From: Prochlorococcus sp. AG-363-P19
Lineage (GTDB): Bacteria > Cyanobacteriota > Cyanobacteriia > PCC-6307 > Cyanobiaceae
Reading direction: 5' to 3'
Assembly (NCBI GenBank): GCA_003280055.1
Contig: QCGG01000008.1
Span: 19,700-83,699 of the forward strand
Length of the DNA: 64,000 bases
The position numbers and the translations under genes were made by a program. A model generated the notes under the pieces. The model ran no database searches and was not told the DNA's origin. It saw only the letters and a list, made by a program, of their open reading frames with translations. Every line of letters begins with the position of its first letter. Position 1 is the first letter of the stretch. Shown piece after piece: positions 21,411-31,609 of the stretch.

Positions 21411-22658
21411 CTAAATTTTTTTCTTGCTGATACTTTCCAGGATAATTCTTTTCGAAAGTAAATGGCCTAATAGATAAAGTGAGCCAGTAATCACTGGTGG
21501 TGGAGTTGGCCATTGCTTTTGAAGTGTCATTAAGCATTCTTCAACAGAATTAGCTTCTTTGACTTGGCTTGAAAGATCTGGGCATAAACTTGCAAGTTGA
21601 AATCTTTCCCAATTTCCGTGACTTGGTATTGGCACAATCCAGGCAACATCATTCTTATTTAATAAAGCCCGTAGCATTTTCGGACCTTCTTTGTTTTTTT
21701 GAATGCCAAGAATCCAGGTAATACCATTTTCTTCATTTGTCCAATTGTACCTTTCGATAGCTAGTTGTTTGATGGCTTGTGTGTTATGGGCTCCATCAAT
21801 AATTAAAGGAAAGCCTTTCCATTGGACTGATTGCAACCTACCAGGCCACTTTGCAACAGAAAATCCTTCTCGAATATTTTTTTGACTTATTTGCAAGCCT
21901 AATTTTGTTAATGCTTCAAGAGCCCCTTTTGCAACAGCCGCATTTGTAAATTGTATTTTCCCAGGTATGCCCAGATGCCAACTCTCTTCTAGTGGTTCAA
22001 CCCAATTAATTGTGGCATTTGTTTCTTTTATTTTTTTTTCGATGATTCTTGTGATTTCGGGCTCTTGTTTTGCACTTATAACAGAAGAACCTTCGGAAAT
22101 TACTTCTACTTTTTCACTTGCTATGTCAGTTAATGTTTCACCAAGATATTCCCTATGATCCATCCCGATTGAGCCAATAGCAATAACTGGTCTGTTTGGA
22201 TGTGCTGTTGTTGCATCTAAACGGCCTCCAAGTCCAACTTCTAAAACCATTACTTCAATCTCTTTTGAAGAGAAATAGTGAAAGGCTGCTAATAAAATAA
22301 ATTCAAAAGGGGTGAGACTTTCTTTTTTTGCTATGGTTTGGAACTTTTTGAGTATTTCCCTAAGCTCAATACTTTCTATTTTATTTCCATTCACTCGGAC
22401 TCTTTCTTCCCAATTTACTAAATGGGGAGAAGTTGTAAGGCCTGTAGACACTCCAGAGACCCTTAAAGCATTTTCAATGAATGTTGCAATACTTCCCTTT
22501 CCATTTGTTCCGACAACTTGAATAGCAGGTATTTGTTCACATGGATTTCCAATGATATGAAGTGTTTTCTTCATGCGGCTTAGGCCAAGATCAATCTCTC
22601 TAGGGTTAAATCCTGATAGAAGGTCAATTAATTCATTTCGTATTACATCTTCTCTCAA
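21411..22658 (-). CDS. folC: Folylpolyglutamate synthase / dihydrofolate synthase
   Basis: Mur-ligase P-loop VVGTNGKGS, with FolC-like length and blocks. Confidence 0.9.
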   Translation of the reverse strand: MREDVIRNELIDLLSGFNPREIDLGLSRMKKTLHIIGNPCEQIPAIQVVGTNGKGSIATFIENALRVSGVSTGLTTSPHLVNWEERVRVNGNKIESIELREILKKFQTIAKKESLTPFEFILLAAFHYFSSKEIEVMVLEVGLGGRLDATTAHPNRPVIAIGSIGMDHREYLGETLTDIASEKVEVISEGSSVISAKQEPEITRIIEKKIKETNATINWVEPLEESWHLGIPGKIQFTNAAVAKGALEALTKLGLQISQKNIREGFSVAKWPGRLQSVQWKGFPLIIDGAHNTQAIKQLAIERYNWTNEENGITWILGIQKNKEGPKMLRALLNKNDVAWIVPIPSHGNWERFQLASLCPDLSSQVKEANSVEECLMTLQKQWPTPPPVITGSLYLLGHLLSKRIILESISKKKI

Positions 22659-22663
22659 AACAT

Positions 22664-23845
22664 TTACTGGAAAGAAATAAGACTTTCTCTGAGCCTAATC
22701 AGTAATTTCTTGATCTCATCAGATGAGATTGTTAAAGGAGGAGCTATCCGTAGCACATTTACACCAGCTGTACCTATTAGCAATTTGTTATCAAGAGCCG
22801 ATTTCACAATCATTGGGGCTTTGATGGCAGTATTTTCATGAAGTACAAGACCTTGAAGAAGTCCCCATCCTCGGACTTCTTTTAATTCATGGGGAAAATC
22901 GTTGACAAGTTGAACAAGACCAGCGACAAGCTGACTCTCTCTTTTTTGTACGTTAGAAAGTAATTTTCTTTTCTCAATTTCCATGGCAACAGTTAGTCCT
23001 GCCTTACAGGCAAATGGATTCCCACCGAAGGTACTTGCATGATCACCTGGTGAGAACACGTTTGCTTTCTCCTTTACAAGTAATGCTCCAATTGCATGGC
23101 CACCGCCTAATCCTTTTGCAATTGTAAATGCATCTGGCTCTATGCCTAATTCTTGATACCCCCACCAGTTACCACTCCTGCCCATTCCAATTTGAACTTC
23201 ATCAAAAATTAATAGGATTTGATGTTTATTGCAAAGTTTTCTGATGTGTTGAAAGAATATTTTTTCTCCAGGATTTACACCTCCTTCTCCTTGAATAGGT
23301 TCAATTAATACTGAAGCAATTTGAGGACCATCGGACTCTAGTTGGCAAAGCAATTCTTCAAATGATTGGATGTTGTTATAATCGAAAAACTTAAATCCTC
23401 TTAGGAGTGGTTTAAACCCTTCATGATATTTAGTTTGTCCTGTGGCACTTAGAGCCGCAAGAGTTCTTCCATGAAAGCTTGCTTTTGCAGCAAGAATTAT
23501 TGGCTTTTCAATATTTCTTTTGATATGACCATATTTTCTTGAAAGTTTTATGGCTGCCTCGTTTGCCTCAGCACCACTGTTGCAGAAGAAAACCTTTTCT
23601 GCACAACTATTACTAACTAGCCAGTTTGCAAGTTCTTCTTGTTCAGGTATTTGAAAAAGGTTAGATACATGTTGCAGACGACCCAGTTGTTTTGATAGTT
23701 CACGCCGAAGTGCTCTATCGCTATGTCCTAGTGCACATGTGGCTATTCCTGCAAGTCCATCAAGATAACAATCACCATTGGTATCCCATAGCCAACAACC
23801 TTTTCCTTTGACAAAGGAAACTGGCAGGCGATTATAAGTTCCCAT
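22664..23845 (-). CDS. argD: Acetylornithine aminotransferase (class III)
   Basis: MGTYNRLPVSFVKGKGCWLWD..., FCNSGAEANE, DEVQIGMGRSG. The track ORF extends to 23929 only by reading through the tRNA-Leu gene. Start reassigned to ATG 23845. Confidence 0.9.
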   Translation of the reverse strand: MGTYNRLPVSFVKGKGCWLWDTNGDCYLDGLAGIATCALGHSDRALRRELSKQLGRLQHVSNLFQIPEQEELANWLVSNSCAEKVFFCNSGAEANEAAIKLSRKYGHIKRNIEKPIILAAKASFHGRTLAALSATGQTKYHEGFKPLLRGFKFFDYNNIQSFEELLCQLESDGPQIASVLIEPIQGEGGVNPGEKIFFQHIRKLCNKHQILLIFDEVQIGMGRSGNWWGYQELGIEPDAFTIAKGLGGGHAIGALLVKEKANVFSPGDHASTFGGNPFACKAGLTVAMEIEKRKLLSNVQKRESQLVAGLVQLVNDFPHELKEVRGWGLLQGLVLHENTAIKAPMIVKSALDNKLLIGTAGVNVLRIAPPLTISSDEIKKLLIRLRESLISFQ

Positions 23846-23853
23846 TACAGAAG

Positions 23854-23935
23854 TGGGAGCGGTGGGACTTGAACCCACATGCCCGAAGGCGCTCGATTTT
23901 GAATCGAGTCCGTCTACCAATTCCGGCACGCTCCC
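23854..23935 (-). tRNA. tRNA-Leu (anticodon CAA), type II with long variable arm
   Basis: Minus-strand sequence GGGAGCGTGCCGGAATTGGTAGAC...CTCGA-TTCAAAA-TCGAG...GTGGG-TTCAAGT-CCCAC-CGCTCCCA folded by hand. Confidence 0.9.
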
Positions 23936-23973
23936 ATGATTTGATTTTATGCGAGAAAGAACCCTTTGCCTCT

Positions 23974-25269
23974 TTATGGGTACCTTCGTATTTGACTTCC
24001 AACAGAATTGAGTTTTTTTTCAAATTCTGTATAGCCTCTATCAAGATGATTTAGGCCTTCTACTTTACTTATGCCTTTTGCTGTAAGACCTGCGAGAACC
24101 ATTGCAGCAGTTGAGCGTAGATCTCTGCCGACGACTGGTGCAGCGCTTAAATGAGGAACTCCTTCGACGATGGCAGTGTTTCCTTGCAAACGAATCGACG
24201 CACCCATCCTTTGTAGTTCAGCAACGTGTTGCATCCGATTCTCGTAAATTTTTTCAGTCACAACACTTGTTCCCTTGGCTGTAGTTAATAGAGCTAAAAA
24301 TGGAGCCTGTAAATCAGTTGGGAAACCTGGGAAAGGCTGAGTAGTTATATCAATGGCGTTTATTTGATTTGGGATGATTTTGATTTTTTTACCTTTAGTT
24401 TCTATTGAGCAACCACAATCTCTTAGTTTTTGAAGGACGGCATTGAGATGTTCTGGAATAACAGAAGATATTTGAAGGGTTGAGCGAGTTATCGCAGCAG
24501 CGATAAGAAAGGTTCCTGCTTCTATTCGATCAGGAATAACCGTGTAATTACAGCCATGTAAACGTTCAACACCTTCTATTGTGATTGTCGGCCCCCCTGC
24601 GCCAGATATGCAAGCCCCCATTTGGTTGAGCAAATTTGCTAAATCTTGAATTTCAGGTTCTTGTGCGGCATTCTCAATTGTTGTTGTTCCTTTGGCTAGA
24701 ACAGAAGCCATAAGTATGGTTTCTGTTGCGCCAACGCTAGGACAATCAAAAATTATGGATGCGCCTTTTAATCGTTTGGATAACCCTGGTACTGAAGCTT
24801 GTACTACTCCATGTTCAACGCTAACGACTGCTCCAAGAGCCTTTAATCCTTTTATATGTTCAGAAACAGGTCTTGCCCCAATTCGACAACCTCCAGGTAG
24901 GGGTATTTTGGCATGCCCTAGACGTCCTAATAAAGGTCCTATGCAAAAGAAGCTCGCTCTTAATCCATTTACAAGTTCATAGGGGGGCTGTGAATTAAGA
25001 AGTCTTTTGGCTTGAAATTGATAGGTGTTTTTAGCTTGCTGGATTTCAACTCCCAGAGCGAGGAGAATTGCAACCATGCCATTTATATCTGTTAGGTCTG
25101 GAATGTTATTTAGCTGAATAGCCTCGTCAGTAAGTAGGGAGGCTGTCATGAGAACAAGTGATGAGTTCTTTGCTCCACTAATGCTTATTTCCCCTGCTAA
25201 AGGGCAACCTCCTATAACCTCTAGGTGTGGCTTATGAATCTCTTTTGAGATTGTTGCCACAGTAGGCAT
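23974..25269 (-). CDS. murA: UDP-N-acetylglucosamine 1-carboxyvinyltransferase
   Basis: Full-length MurA similarity, including the active-site loop LPGGCRIGARP. Confidence 0.96.
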   Translation of the reverse strand: MPTVATISKEIHKPHLEVIGGCPLAGEISISGAKNSSLVLMTASLLTDEAIQLNNIPDLTDINGMVAILLALGVEIQQAKNTYQFQAKRLLNSQPPYELVNGLRASFFCIGPLLGRLGHAKIPLPGGCRIGARPVSEHIKGLKALGAVVSVEHGVVQASVPGLSKRLKGASIIFDCPSVGATETILMASVLAKGTTTIENAAQEPEIQDLANLLNQMGACISGAGGPTITIEGVERLHGCNYTVIPDRIEAGTFLIAAAITRSTLQISSVIPEHLNAVLQKLRDCGCSIETKGKKIKIIPNQINAIDITTQPFPGFPTDLQAPFLALLTTAKGTSVVTEKIYENRMQHVAELQRMGASIRLQGNTAIVEGVPHLSAAPVVGRDLRSTAAMVLAGLTAKGISKVEGLNHLDRGYTEFEKKLNSVGSQIRRYP

Positions 25270-25466
25270 GCTTATGAGGATAATTGAATCTTGATTGTGC
25301 CAACCTTTGCTTTAGACGTCTATACGCTTGGATCATGAAAACAGCAAATCTTTACTTACTTTCCTTAGTTAGATTTTTTTGAGTTTTTATAAGCACCAAT
25401 TTTGGGGCAGCCCTTTTGATCTCCTTGTAGGGTGGGCGAGACTCTTGGCAAAGGCTGAGATCTGTT

Positions 25467-25550
25467 GCGGATGTGGCGGAATTGGTAGACGCGCTAGTTT
25501 CAGGTATTAGTGGCAGAAATGCCTTGGGAGTTCAAGTCTCCCCATCCGCA
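25467..25550 (+). tRNA. tRNA-Leu (anticodon CAG), type II
   Basis: GCGGATGTGGCGGAATTGGTAGACGCG-CTAGT-TTCAGGT-ATTAG... is near-identical in architecture to E. coli tRNA-Leu(CAG). T arm is GGGAG-TTCAAGT-CTCCC. Confidence 0.92.
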
Positions 25551-25587
25551 CTCTCTAGAATGTTTAAATAGTTTCAGAGTTTGACTA

Positions 25588-25836
25588 ATGATTCTATTGA
25601 AGATTTCTAATGCCTCAGAATTGGTTTCAATGAAATTTGGAAAATTCTTAGAGAAGTTGACTCCTGATGCTATTGATAATTCTGCGGTAGAAGATTTTAT
25701 TCTTAATAGAATGGTGCAAGATCTTTCTAAGGAAGGAGTTAAAGGTGAGATATCAATTGTAAATGGGTTGAATGTAGCCGATGACATGTTGCATCTTGGG
25801 GAGGATTTAAAAGTACGAAATCGTAAAGTATTTTGA
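25588..25836 (+). CDS. Small hypothetical protein (82 aa; possibly 68 aa from ATG 25630)
   Basis: Balanced, charged composition (…KFGKFLEKLTPDAIDNSAVEDFILNRMVQDLSKEGVKGE…). The competing minus-strand ORF runs into the tRNA gene. Confidence 0.45.
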   Translation: MILLKISNASELVSMKFGKFLEKLTPDAIDNSAVEDFILNRMVQDLSKEGVKGEISIVNGLNVADDMLHLGEDLKVRNRKVF

Positions 25837-25861
25837 GGCATAACCCATTACGCGCTTTGAA

Positions 25862-26704
25862 TTGCCATTGATATCGAGTCGTCGTAACCCTCTAGTGCGA
25901 AGGCTGCGAGTTCTCTCGTCTAGGGAAGGTCGCGAGGAATTTTCTTTATTGTTGTTAGAAGGTACTCATTTATTAGTTGAGGCTTTAAAGACTTCCCATG
26001 TTCCTAATGAAGTTGTTTTAACAAGTCAGTGGATGAAAAATAACCCTGAGATCTTTAGCGCTATTCCTGAACAAACTCAATTAAGAGAGGTTACTGATTC
26101 AGTCCTTCAAGCAGCTTTGACGACTACTCATCCCGATGGAGTGGCGACACTATTCCCTCTCGAGGGTTTGCCAAAAGCTAGTTCAAATGTTGATTTTGTT
26201 TTGGCGTTAGATCGATTACAGGACCCAGGAAATATCGGGACTCTGTTCCGGACAGCGCTAGCTGGAAGCGTTGATGAGTTGTGGCTTGCTTTAGGGGCTG
26301 ATCCTCTTTGCCAAAAAGCACTTAGGGCATCTGCAGGAGCAGTTCTAGGTTTGCCTTTCGAAAGAATGGGGGCCTGCGAAGATCTAGCTCTCAAGGCTTT
26401 AGCAGATAGATTGGATTTGGCTGTTAAGGACGGCTTTCAAGTTGTAGCCACTGTTGCTCAAAGTAGAATTGAGTCAGGTTGCCCTTCGCCTTATTGGGAG
26501 CTGGACTGGCTTAAGCCAACCGTCTTGGTTTTAGGCAATGAAGGATCAGGTATTCATCCAATTATTAAGGGTTGTTGCACACACTGTATAACCTTGCCCC
26601 ACAGTGAAGATGTTGAGTCTTTAAATGTGGCATCAGCAGCCGTTCCCATGCTCTTGGAGCGACAAAGAGTCAAAATGACATTTGAGATACAAAAACAACG
26701 GTGA
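25862..26704 (+). CDS. SpoU/TrmH-family RNA 2'-O-methyltransferase
   Basis: DRLQDPGNIGTLFRTA, VLGNEGSGI and ESLNVASAA motifs. TTG start. Confidence 0.88.
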   Translation: MPLISSRRNPLVRRLRVLSSREGREEFSLLLLEGTHLLVEALKTSHVPNEVVLTSQWMKNNPEIFSAIPEQTQLREVTDSVLQAALTTTHPDGVATLFPLEGLPKASSNVDFVLALDRLQDPGNIGTLFRTALAGSVDELWLALGADPLCQKALRASAGAVLGLPFERMGACEDLALKALADRLDLAVKDGFQVVATVAQSRIESGCPSPYWELDWLKPTVLVLGNEGSGIHPIIKGCCTHCITLPHSEDVESLNVASAAVPMLLERQRVKMTFEIQKQR

Positions 26705-28146
26705 GCGAAGCCAATTTCGACTTCGATGTAATTGTCATCGGTGCAGGTTATGGCGGTTTTGATGCTGCTAAGCACGCCGCCGAACACGGACTCAATGTTG
26801 CGATCACTGAATCGCGGGATATGGGAGGAACTTGCGTCAATCGCGGTTGTGTTCCTTCTAAGGCTTTATTAGCAGCAAGTGGGAGGGTCAGAGAACTCGC
26901 TAATGCAGAGCATTTGGCAAGTTTCGGCATACATGCTTCCCCTGTGCGGTTTGAGAGGCAGAAGATTGCAGATCATGCCAATAATTTGGTCGAAACTATT
27001 CGTACAAACCTAACTAAAACTTTAGAGAGAGCAGGGGTAACGATTCTTCGTGGAAAGGGTCGCCTGGAAGGGGTTCAGAGAGTAGGAGTAAGACAGTTCA
27101 ATGGGGTGGATAAAGTTTTTACTGCTAAAGATGTCATTGTTGCAACAGGTTCGGATCCTTTTGTTCCACCAGGAATTGAAACAGATGGACGTACTGTTTT
27201 TACTAGTGATGAGGCGATAAACCTTGAATGGTTGCCCAAGTGGATCGCAATTATTGGAAGTGGATATATCGGACTTGAATTTGCTGATATTTATACAGCA
27301 TTGGGTTGTGAGGTGACCCTAATTGAGGCCCTTGATCGAGTAATGCCTACTTTTGATCCTGACCTTACAAAGATTGCGAAGCGTAATCTTATTGATGGAC
27401 GTGATATTGATGCTCGAGCAGGAGTTTTGGCCAGTAAAGTCTCCCCAGGATGTCCTGTCCGTATAGACCTTTCAGATGTTAAAACTCGTGAGGTTGTTGA
27501 AAAGTTAGAAGTAGATGCAGTACTTGTAGCTACAGGAAGAGTTCCTACTAGTAAAGAACTTAATCTGGAATCGGCTGGGGTTGAGACAATCCGAGGTTTT
27601 ATTCCTATTGATGATCAGATGCGAGTAATAGCTAATGAGAAACCCATCGCTAATTTATGGGCAGTTGGCGATGTTACTGGAAAGCTTATGCTGGCTCATG
27701 CTGCAGCGGCTCAAGGGACAATCGCTGTTGAAAATATTCTTGGAAAATCTTCCCAGATTGACTATAGAAGTATTCCAGCGGCAACTTTTACTCATCCTGA
27801 AATTAGTTCGGTTGGACTTTCTGAAAAAGAGGCAAAAACTTTAGCTTCTAATGAAAACTTTGAAGTTGGTATTATCCGTAGTTATTTTAAAGCTAATTCC
27901 AAGGCTTTAGCAGAGCTTGATAGCGATGGTCTTATGAAGTTGCTTTTTCGAAAGGATAATGGAGAAGTCTTAGGAGCCCACATTTATGGTTTACATGCGG
28001 CAGATTTAATACAAGAAGTTGCCAATGCAGTTGCTAGGCGCCAGAGCGTTATTCAATTGGCATATGAAGTACATACACATCCAACATTAAGTGAGGTTGT
28101 TGAAGTTGCTTACAAGCAGGCTTATAAGCAGGTTTGTGGGTCTTAA
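26701..28146 (+). CDS. lpdA: Dihydrolipoyl dehydrogenase (E3)
   Basis: GAGYGG FAD site and redox disulfide GGTCVNRGCVPSK, with a C-terminal HPTLSE. The GTG start overlaps the upstream stop as GTGA. Confidence 0.95.
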   Translation: MSEANFDFDVIVIGAGYGGFDAAKHAAEHGLNVAITESRDMGGTCVNRGCVPSKALLAASGRVRELANAEHLASFGIHASPVRFERQKIADHANNLVETIRTNLTKTLERAGVTILRGKGRLEGVQRVGVRQFNGVDKVFTAKDVIVATGSDPFVPPGIETDGRTVFTSDEAINLEWLPKWIAIIGSGYIGLEFADIYTALGCEVTLIEALDRVMPTFDPDLTKIAKRNLIDGRDIDARAGVLASKVSPGCPVRIDLSDVKTREVVEKLEVDAVLVATGRVPTSKELNLESAGVETIRGFIPIDDQMRVIANEKPIANLWAVGDVTGKLMLAHAAAAQGTIAVENILGKSSQIDYRSIPAATFTHPEISSVGLSEKEAKTLASNENFEVGIIRSYFKANSKALAELDSDGLMKLLFRKDNGEVLGAHIYGLHAADLIQEVANAVARRQSVIQLAYEVHTHPTLSEVVEVAYKQAYKQVCGS

Positions 28147-28207
28147 TTGCCAAGTATTGATGTCAATCTAAATCGGTTTTATCTTTATCACTTTTTATTT
28201 GTTTGAT

Positions 28208-29092
28208 ATGCAAATTCGTCGTCGTCCCCCTAATCCAAGCGTGAAGGTTGCTAATTTGGAATATGCAATTCCTCATAATGAAGGAGAACCAAGAAATATA
28301 CTTGAAAAAATTGTGTGGGAAAAAGATCGTGAAATAAAGCTTGCCCGTGAAAGGGTGCCATTGGAAAATCTTAAATCTACGATTGCAACTCTTCCTCATA
28401 CACGAGACTTTATTCGCGCGCTTAAGAGTGCACCAATAATGCCAGCCGTAATTGCAGAAGTAAAGAAAGCTAGTCCAAGTAGAGGCTTGATAAGGGAGGA
28501 ATTTGACCCAGTTCAAATCTCAAAAGCTTATTTGGAAGGAGGGGCTAGCTGTTTATCAGTCCTCACTGATAAAACTTTTTTTCAAGGAGGCTTTGATGTT
28601 TTAAAAAAGGTAAGGAACGCTGTTGAGTTACCTATTCTTTGCAAGGATTTCATACTTTCTCCTTATCAGATTTACCAGGCTAGGGCTGCAGGGGCAGATG
28701 CAGTGTTATTGATTGCGGCAATACTTACTGATCAAGATATGCTGTATCTGAGTAAGGTCGCCTTTTCTTTAGGCCTTAATGTGCTTGTTGAGGTACATGA
28801 TTTATTAGAGTTAGATAGAATAATCAAATTAAAAAGGTTTACTCTTGTAGGAATAAATAATCGTGATTTAATGACTTTTGATGTTGATTTAAGTAATACT
28901 GAACATCTAGTAAGGACTCGTAAGGCTATTTTAGAGGAGCAAAATGTACTTCTAATCAGTGAGTCCGGCTTGTTTACTAGGAAGGACTTAGACCGTGTTC
29001 ATCTTGCAGGTGCTAAAGCAGTGCTAGTAGGTGAATCTCTTATGCGTCAGTCCGACATTACTATGGGACTTAAGGAGCTTATTGGTAATTAA
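28208..29092 (+). CDS. trpC: Indole-3-glycerol phosphate synthase
   Basis: [10 protein letters not shown]... N-terminus typical of cyanobacterial TrpC, plus [10 protein letters not shown] and INNRDL. The track starts 9 nt earlier at a TTG. Confidence 0.93.
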   Translation: MQIRRRPPNPSVKVANLEYAIPHNEGEPRNILEKIVWEKDREIKLARERVPLENLKSTIATLPHTRDFIRALKSAPIMPAVIAEVKKASPSRGLIREEFDPVQISKAYLEGGASCLSVLTDKTFFQGGFDVLKKVRNAVELPILCKDFILSPYQIYQARAAGADAVLLIAAILTDQDMLYLSKVAFSLGLNVLVEVHDLLELDRIIKLKRFTLVGINNRDLMTFDVDLSNTEHLVRTRKAILEEQNVLLISESGLFTRKDLDRVHLAGAKAVLVGESLMRQSDITMGLKELIGN

Positions 29093-29204
29093 ACAGAGTT
29101 CTCGATTTAGAATTGTCTCATTCTTGAAAAGTGTTTAAAGTCAAGATTTGCTCTACATGTTGTCCAAATTTTCGGTCCTAACGCCATAACTAAAGAATTT
29201 TTTC

Positions 29205-29873
29205 ATGATGATCAGCATTGTTACTGGAATAGCGGCGGGGGCTCTGCATGTACTTGGCGGGGCAGACCATTTGGTGGCAATTACACCTGCAGCGCTTCAA
29301 GAACCGAAAGTTGCATTGAAAAATAGTTTGGCTTGGGGAGTGGGCCACTCTGTCGGCGTTCTTTTACTTTCATTATTTGCAATTTTGGCTAAGGATTTGG
29401 TGCAGATTCAGAAAATGTCAACGGTTGCAGAGTTTGCTGTTGGAATTTCACTATTAATAGTGGGAGTTTTGGCGATTAGAACTTCTTTAGGGTTGGATAT
29501 TCATTCTCATAAACATAACCATGGATCTGGTAATTCTCACGACCATATCCATTTGCATTTTCTTGGCCGGAAAAGGCATAGAAGACATACGCATGCGGTT
29601 ACAGGCTTAGGAGTTTTGCATGGTTTAGCGGGCACGAGTCATTTGTTGGCAGTTATACCTGCATTAGCTTTGCCACCGATTGGAGCGGTGTTTTATATGG
29701 CAGCTTATTTGCTTGGTTCTATTACAACGATGGGTATTTTTGTAGGGATTATTTCTTTTGCCACCTTGAGAGTAGGAAGAAAAGCTTTGCCTTTAATTTT
29801 TGGTTTTGCAGGAGTGCTTTCAGTTGCACTTGGGGTAGTTTGGCTACAAAAATTGACCCCATATTTTGCATAA
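29205..29873 (+). CDS. sodT: Putative nickel permease associated with Ni-SOD (sodT-type; HupE/UreJ-like N-terminal motif)
   Basis: About 6 TM segments, GALHVLGGADHLVA near the N-terminus, and a central His-rich loop HSHKHNHGSGNSHDHIHLHFLGRKRHRRHTH. Convergent with sodX-sodN. Confidence 0.7.
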   Translation: MMISIVTGIAAGALHVLGGADHLVAITPAALQEPKVALKNSLAWGVGHSVGVLLLSLFAILAKDLVQIQKMSTVAEFAVGISLLIVGVLAIRTSLGLDIHSHKHNHGSGNSHDHIHLHFLGRKRHRRHTHAVTGLGVLHGLAGTSHLLAVIPALALPPIGAVFYMAAYLLGSITTMGIFVGIISFATLRVGRKALPLIFGFAGVLSVALGVVWLQKLTPYFA

Positions 29874-29884
29874 AAATTCATATA

Positions 29885-30313
29885 TTAATCATTTCTAAAA
29901 GAGACTATTTGTTCAACTATTCCGCAAAGATTGCTTGGTTTCACTATCCCATAGCGCCTACTGTCGATGCTATGCCAATAGTTATCTCCCCTTAATTCAA
30001 ACCCTTTAGAACTAGCTTTATATATTCTCTTGATAACTAAAACCTTCGATTTTATTGGATTTTTTGCGACAACAATTTTCCCCTCAAGGGGTTTGTGTTT
30101 TTCGATCTTAATTGGCTTGTAAATAACAAAGTCTCCATGATGAATTGTTGGAATCATCGAGGATCCTTCAACACGACAATAACGTCGCCTCCCTGAGATT
30201 AATAGTAGGAAGGAGCAAAGACTAACCCCTTTTTTTTTCGGAATCTCAGCTTGCGGTGACCCAACTATCTGCACGGCCCTTAGATTTCCAGAACATATGG
30301 TGAATTTTTTCAA
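29885..30313 (-). CDS. sodX: S26-family signal-peptidase-like Ni-SOD maturation protease
   Basis: VEGSSMIPTIHHGDFV (Ser-Met catalytic box) and KRI...GDN. Located just downstream of sodN. The only ATG upstream of the catalytic Ser is 30313. Confidence 0.8.
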   Translation of the reverse strand: MKKFTICSGNLRAVQIVGSPQAEIPKKKGVSLCSFLLLISGRRRYCRVEGSSMIPTIHHGDFVIYKPIKIEKHKPLEGKIVVAKNPIKSKVLVIKRIYKASSKGFELRGDNYWHSIDSRRYGIVKPSNLCGIVEQIVSFRND

Positions 30314-30719
30314 CTGCTTGCATCAGTTCTTCTGCTTTTGATTGATCAATGTTTACTTTGCAAGCGCTACACAGTTTTGCTGCTTTCCAGAAAGTGTCAT
30401 GTAAATCAGGGTAACTAGCTAGATGCTCTGGCTTGAAATAATCAGTCCAAAGAATTAATAGCTCTTGTTTTGCTTCCTTGGCTTGCTCTTCTTTAATGGC
30501 TACATACCTTGAGAAGGTGTTGTTATAGCTAGCCCAGGCAGCAGGATCATTATTCTCTGGCGGCTCCATTGCAAGAAGCTTTTTGGTCATTGATAAAACT
30601 GCTTCAGCTGCTACACGAGTAGAGGCTGGGTCATAAACACCGCATGGCCCATCACAGTGAGCCTTGGCTGTTTGGGTTGGCAGGATATTGAGAATTGTTT
30701 TTAGTGCCGAGCGAAACAT
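30246..30719 (-). CDS. sodN: Nickel superoxide dismutase precursor
   Basis: Ni-hook HCDGPCGVYDP follows a short pro-peptide MFRSALKTILNILPTQTAKA. Start set at the second Met. The ORF is open to 30752. Confidence 0.92.
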   Translation of the reverse strand: MFRSALKTILNILPTQTAKAHCDGPCGVYDPASTRVAAEAVLSMTKKLLAMEPPENNDPAAWASYNNTFSRYVAIKEEQAKEAKQELLILWTDYFKPEHLASYPDLHDTFWKAAKLCSACKVNIDQSKAEELMQAVEKIHHMFWKSKGRADSWVTAS

Positions 30720-30824
30720 CTTTCTGTAATTGAAAAAAGCCTCCCTATACATTAGCCGGATGGAATACTAAATGGCTATTACTCAACCCGTTTTTAGATT
30801 TTGGATCCCTATAGATCCCTCTAC

Positions 30825-31424
30825 TCAAACTGCATCAAGTAGTTCGACCTCAAAAATTAGAGTTGCATTTGGCGGAATTACTCTCCCAGCACCACGACTG
30901 CCATAACCAAGATCTGGGGGAATTACTAGTTTGCGTTTACCACCTACTTTCATTCCTTCTACCCCTTCATCCCAACCTTTAATGACACGCCCTGTGCCAA
31001 GAGGAAAGGTAAAAGGACCTCTCCCATAACTGCTATCAAATTCTTTTCCGTCCTCCAAGGTGCCTCGATAGTTGACTGATACTGTCTGACCTGCGGTTGC
31101 TTCTGTCCCTTCTCCAACAACTAAATCAGTCATTTGAAGCCCACTAGCAGTAACTATTGTCTGTTTTGTTTCTAAGGGTCCGCCAAGGTTGTTGATTTCA
31201 ACTTGATCTTGTTGAGGTGCCATGGCAAAAAGCGTAGGGTTTGGATCATCAGGGTCTAGTTCAAAAACTTCGTTAATAGAGGTTTGCTTTGTTTCTGAGA
31301 CCTTGTTTTGAAGTGTCGTTATTTCGCTGGTTGCATTGACAGTTGTTGGTGCAACGACCTGACTTGCGATTGCAACCATTACGCAGGAAATGAAGATGAT
31401 GGTGCTGATAAAGATGTCGCGCAC
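30825..31424 (-). CDS. FKBP-type peptidyl-prolyl cis-trans isomerase, exported
   Basis: N-terminal TM/signal. C-terminal FKBP domain ([17 protein letters not shown]...[15 protein letters not shown]...LIFEVELL). Confidence 0.9.
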   Translation of the reverse strand: MRDIFISTIIFISCVMVAIASQVVAPTTVNATSEITTLQNKVSETKQTSINEVFELDPDDPNPTLFAMAPQQDQVEINNLGGPLETKQTIVTASGLQMTDLVVGEGTEATAGQTVSVNYRGTLEDGKEFDSSYGRGPFTFPLGTGRVIKGWDEGVEGMKVGGKRKLVIPPDLGYGSRGAGRVIPPNATLIFEVELLDAV

Positions 31425-31609
31425 TGAGGATTGGGGGTGTCTATGAACATTCTTGCAGGGATTTTCGATTTAGACTTTGTTTGTTGAATGAAGAGTCTTG
31501 AAGTGTTTCTTGGGCTGGAATATTTTTTTAAACGCTTCTTCTTTCGTTTATTCATCAGAAGATAGTTGCAGTGTTTGTTCAGCTTTGAAAAGGCTTTATT
31601 TGGAGGGTC

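Noticed and set aside
23846-23929. 28-residue N-terminal extension of argD (MPELVDGLDSKSSAFGHVGSSPTAPTSV)
   Set aside because: This is the translation of the tRNA-Leu(CAA) gene. The internal Met (MGTYNRLP...) matches the usual ArgD N-terminus.
25500-25841. 113-aa minus-strand ORF
   Set aside because: It overlaps the 3' half of tRNA-Leu(CAG) and is antisense to a more protein-like plus-strand ORF.
28163-28516. 117-aa minus-strand ORF overlapping the trpC 5' region
   Set aside because: It is antisense to trpC, rich in Trp/Cys/Phe/Lys, and has no motif.
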